The notes under the pieces were generated by a model that saw only the letters and a list, made by a program, of their open reading frames with translations, made no database searches and had not been told where the DNA came from. From Chara braunii (taxonomy: Eukaryota; Plantae; Charophyceae), in NCBI GenBank assembly GCA_003427395.1, contig BFEA01000029.1, forward strand, positions 5,185,085 to 5,249,084: a stretch of 64,000 bases of DNA. Direction: 5' to 3'. Below, one piece after another: positions 63,051-64,000 of the stretch (its first letter is position 1; each line of letters starts with the position of its first letter). Position numbers and translations under genes: made by a program.

Positions 63051-64000
63051 TACTTCGTCCTACTCTAAGCGTCCGGCTTCGTCCCCCTAAGTTTTCCCTA
63101 GTTCCGGACTTCAAAAAAGTTCAGACTTGTAGCACTAGTCCTATAGCAGATATGCAGAAGACACATACTTGCATAAAACACAAATTTGCGAAAAACACAG
63201 ATTTCAGAGAACGCAGCCTTCGCAGATTTACAGATCTGCAGATTTTGCAGATTTTTGTAGATTTTGTTGTTTTTGTCTAAGGAGGAAGAACCGAAAGACA
63301 CAGGCTTGCATTTTCGAACCCAAATGATGTCAGAATCAATCCTAATTTGGTGGGCTCTTTGCTTGTATCGTGTGGAATACCCCCATAAAATTTGGAGTGA
63401 TTCCGTCGCCGTTTGCCCTTACTTGCCTGTTTCGGGTACCGCTCGAGGCTCTAGGCGAACAATTCGGTAAAATCCATTTTCCGTTTTTGCAGGAAAATCG
63501 ACTCAGATGGCCTGAAGTTTTTGCAGACCATCTATCTATGCCTATGATATGGGGTTTTTGAAGTCACAACCCCCGTATCCTTATTTTGATGGTATTGGTT
63601 GTCGGTGGCCCCTGACCGTACTGGTGACTCGACCTTTTTCGGACCATTCTTCGCTCCGAGGGGCCAACTAATGTTCTCAGCAGCAGCAACAACATGGTCT
63701 GGCCAGGCCTCAGTAGGACGGCAGCAGACCCTTTCTTACTAGCAGCACCAGTAGTCGGTAGCAGCATCATCAGTAGTATCAGTCCCCTACCAGGGCCTAC
63801 CTACCTTTCCTTATCACGTTTGATTAGTGCACAGGGGTCTCGCTAAGCCACATATATGTCAAGTTGATTAACTAGGGAAAAATCAGACTATCACCAAGTG
63901 CAAGGAATGAACAAAGCATGAGTGTGACAAGAGAAAACACATGCATTTTACAAGTTGAACAACTAGGGAAAAATTTAACTATCACCAAGTGCAAGGATTG

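Overview
Repeat-dominated eukaryotic nuclear DNA from a green-plant lineage. The mitochondrial fragments are plant-type, and the TE proteins resemble those I recall from the charophyte alga Chara; that host assignment is inference only. The only clear host gene is an intronless Cys-type (CPFAQR) glutathione transferase on the minus strand (53828-54634). The centrepiece is a complete but mutationally decayed 23.5-kb Ty3/Gypsy LTR retrotransposon (12553-36006) with ~4.6-5 kb LTRs, a CCGG target-site duplication and a tRNA-Asp PBS. Between its PBS and gag it carries a ~5.1-kb cassette of about 8-9 same-strand, head-to-tail accessory ORFs joined by overlapping or abutting stop/start codons. Most of these ORFs fall into two self-duplicated protein families I cannot assign to any known domain, which looks like a virus-style polycistronic module. 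This element sits inside a poly(A)-tailed retro-copy, which itself sits inside an LTR of a second family. LTRs of that second family nest into one another at 55-61 kb, and three of them carry a related Cys-containing ORF downstream of their TATA box. Also present: an older decayed Gypsy with an extra 3' ORF, three mitochondrial insertions (cox3, nad5, rrn18), hAT-like and other MITE-like elements, microsatellites and one assembly gap.
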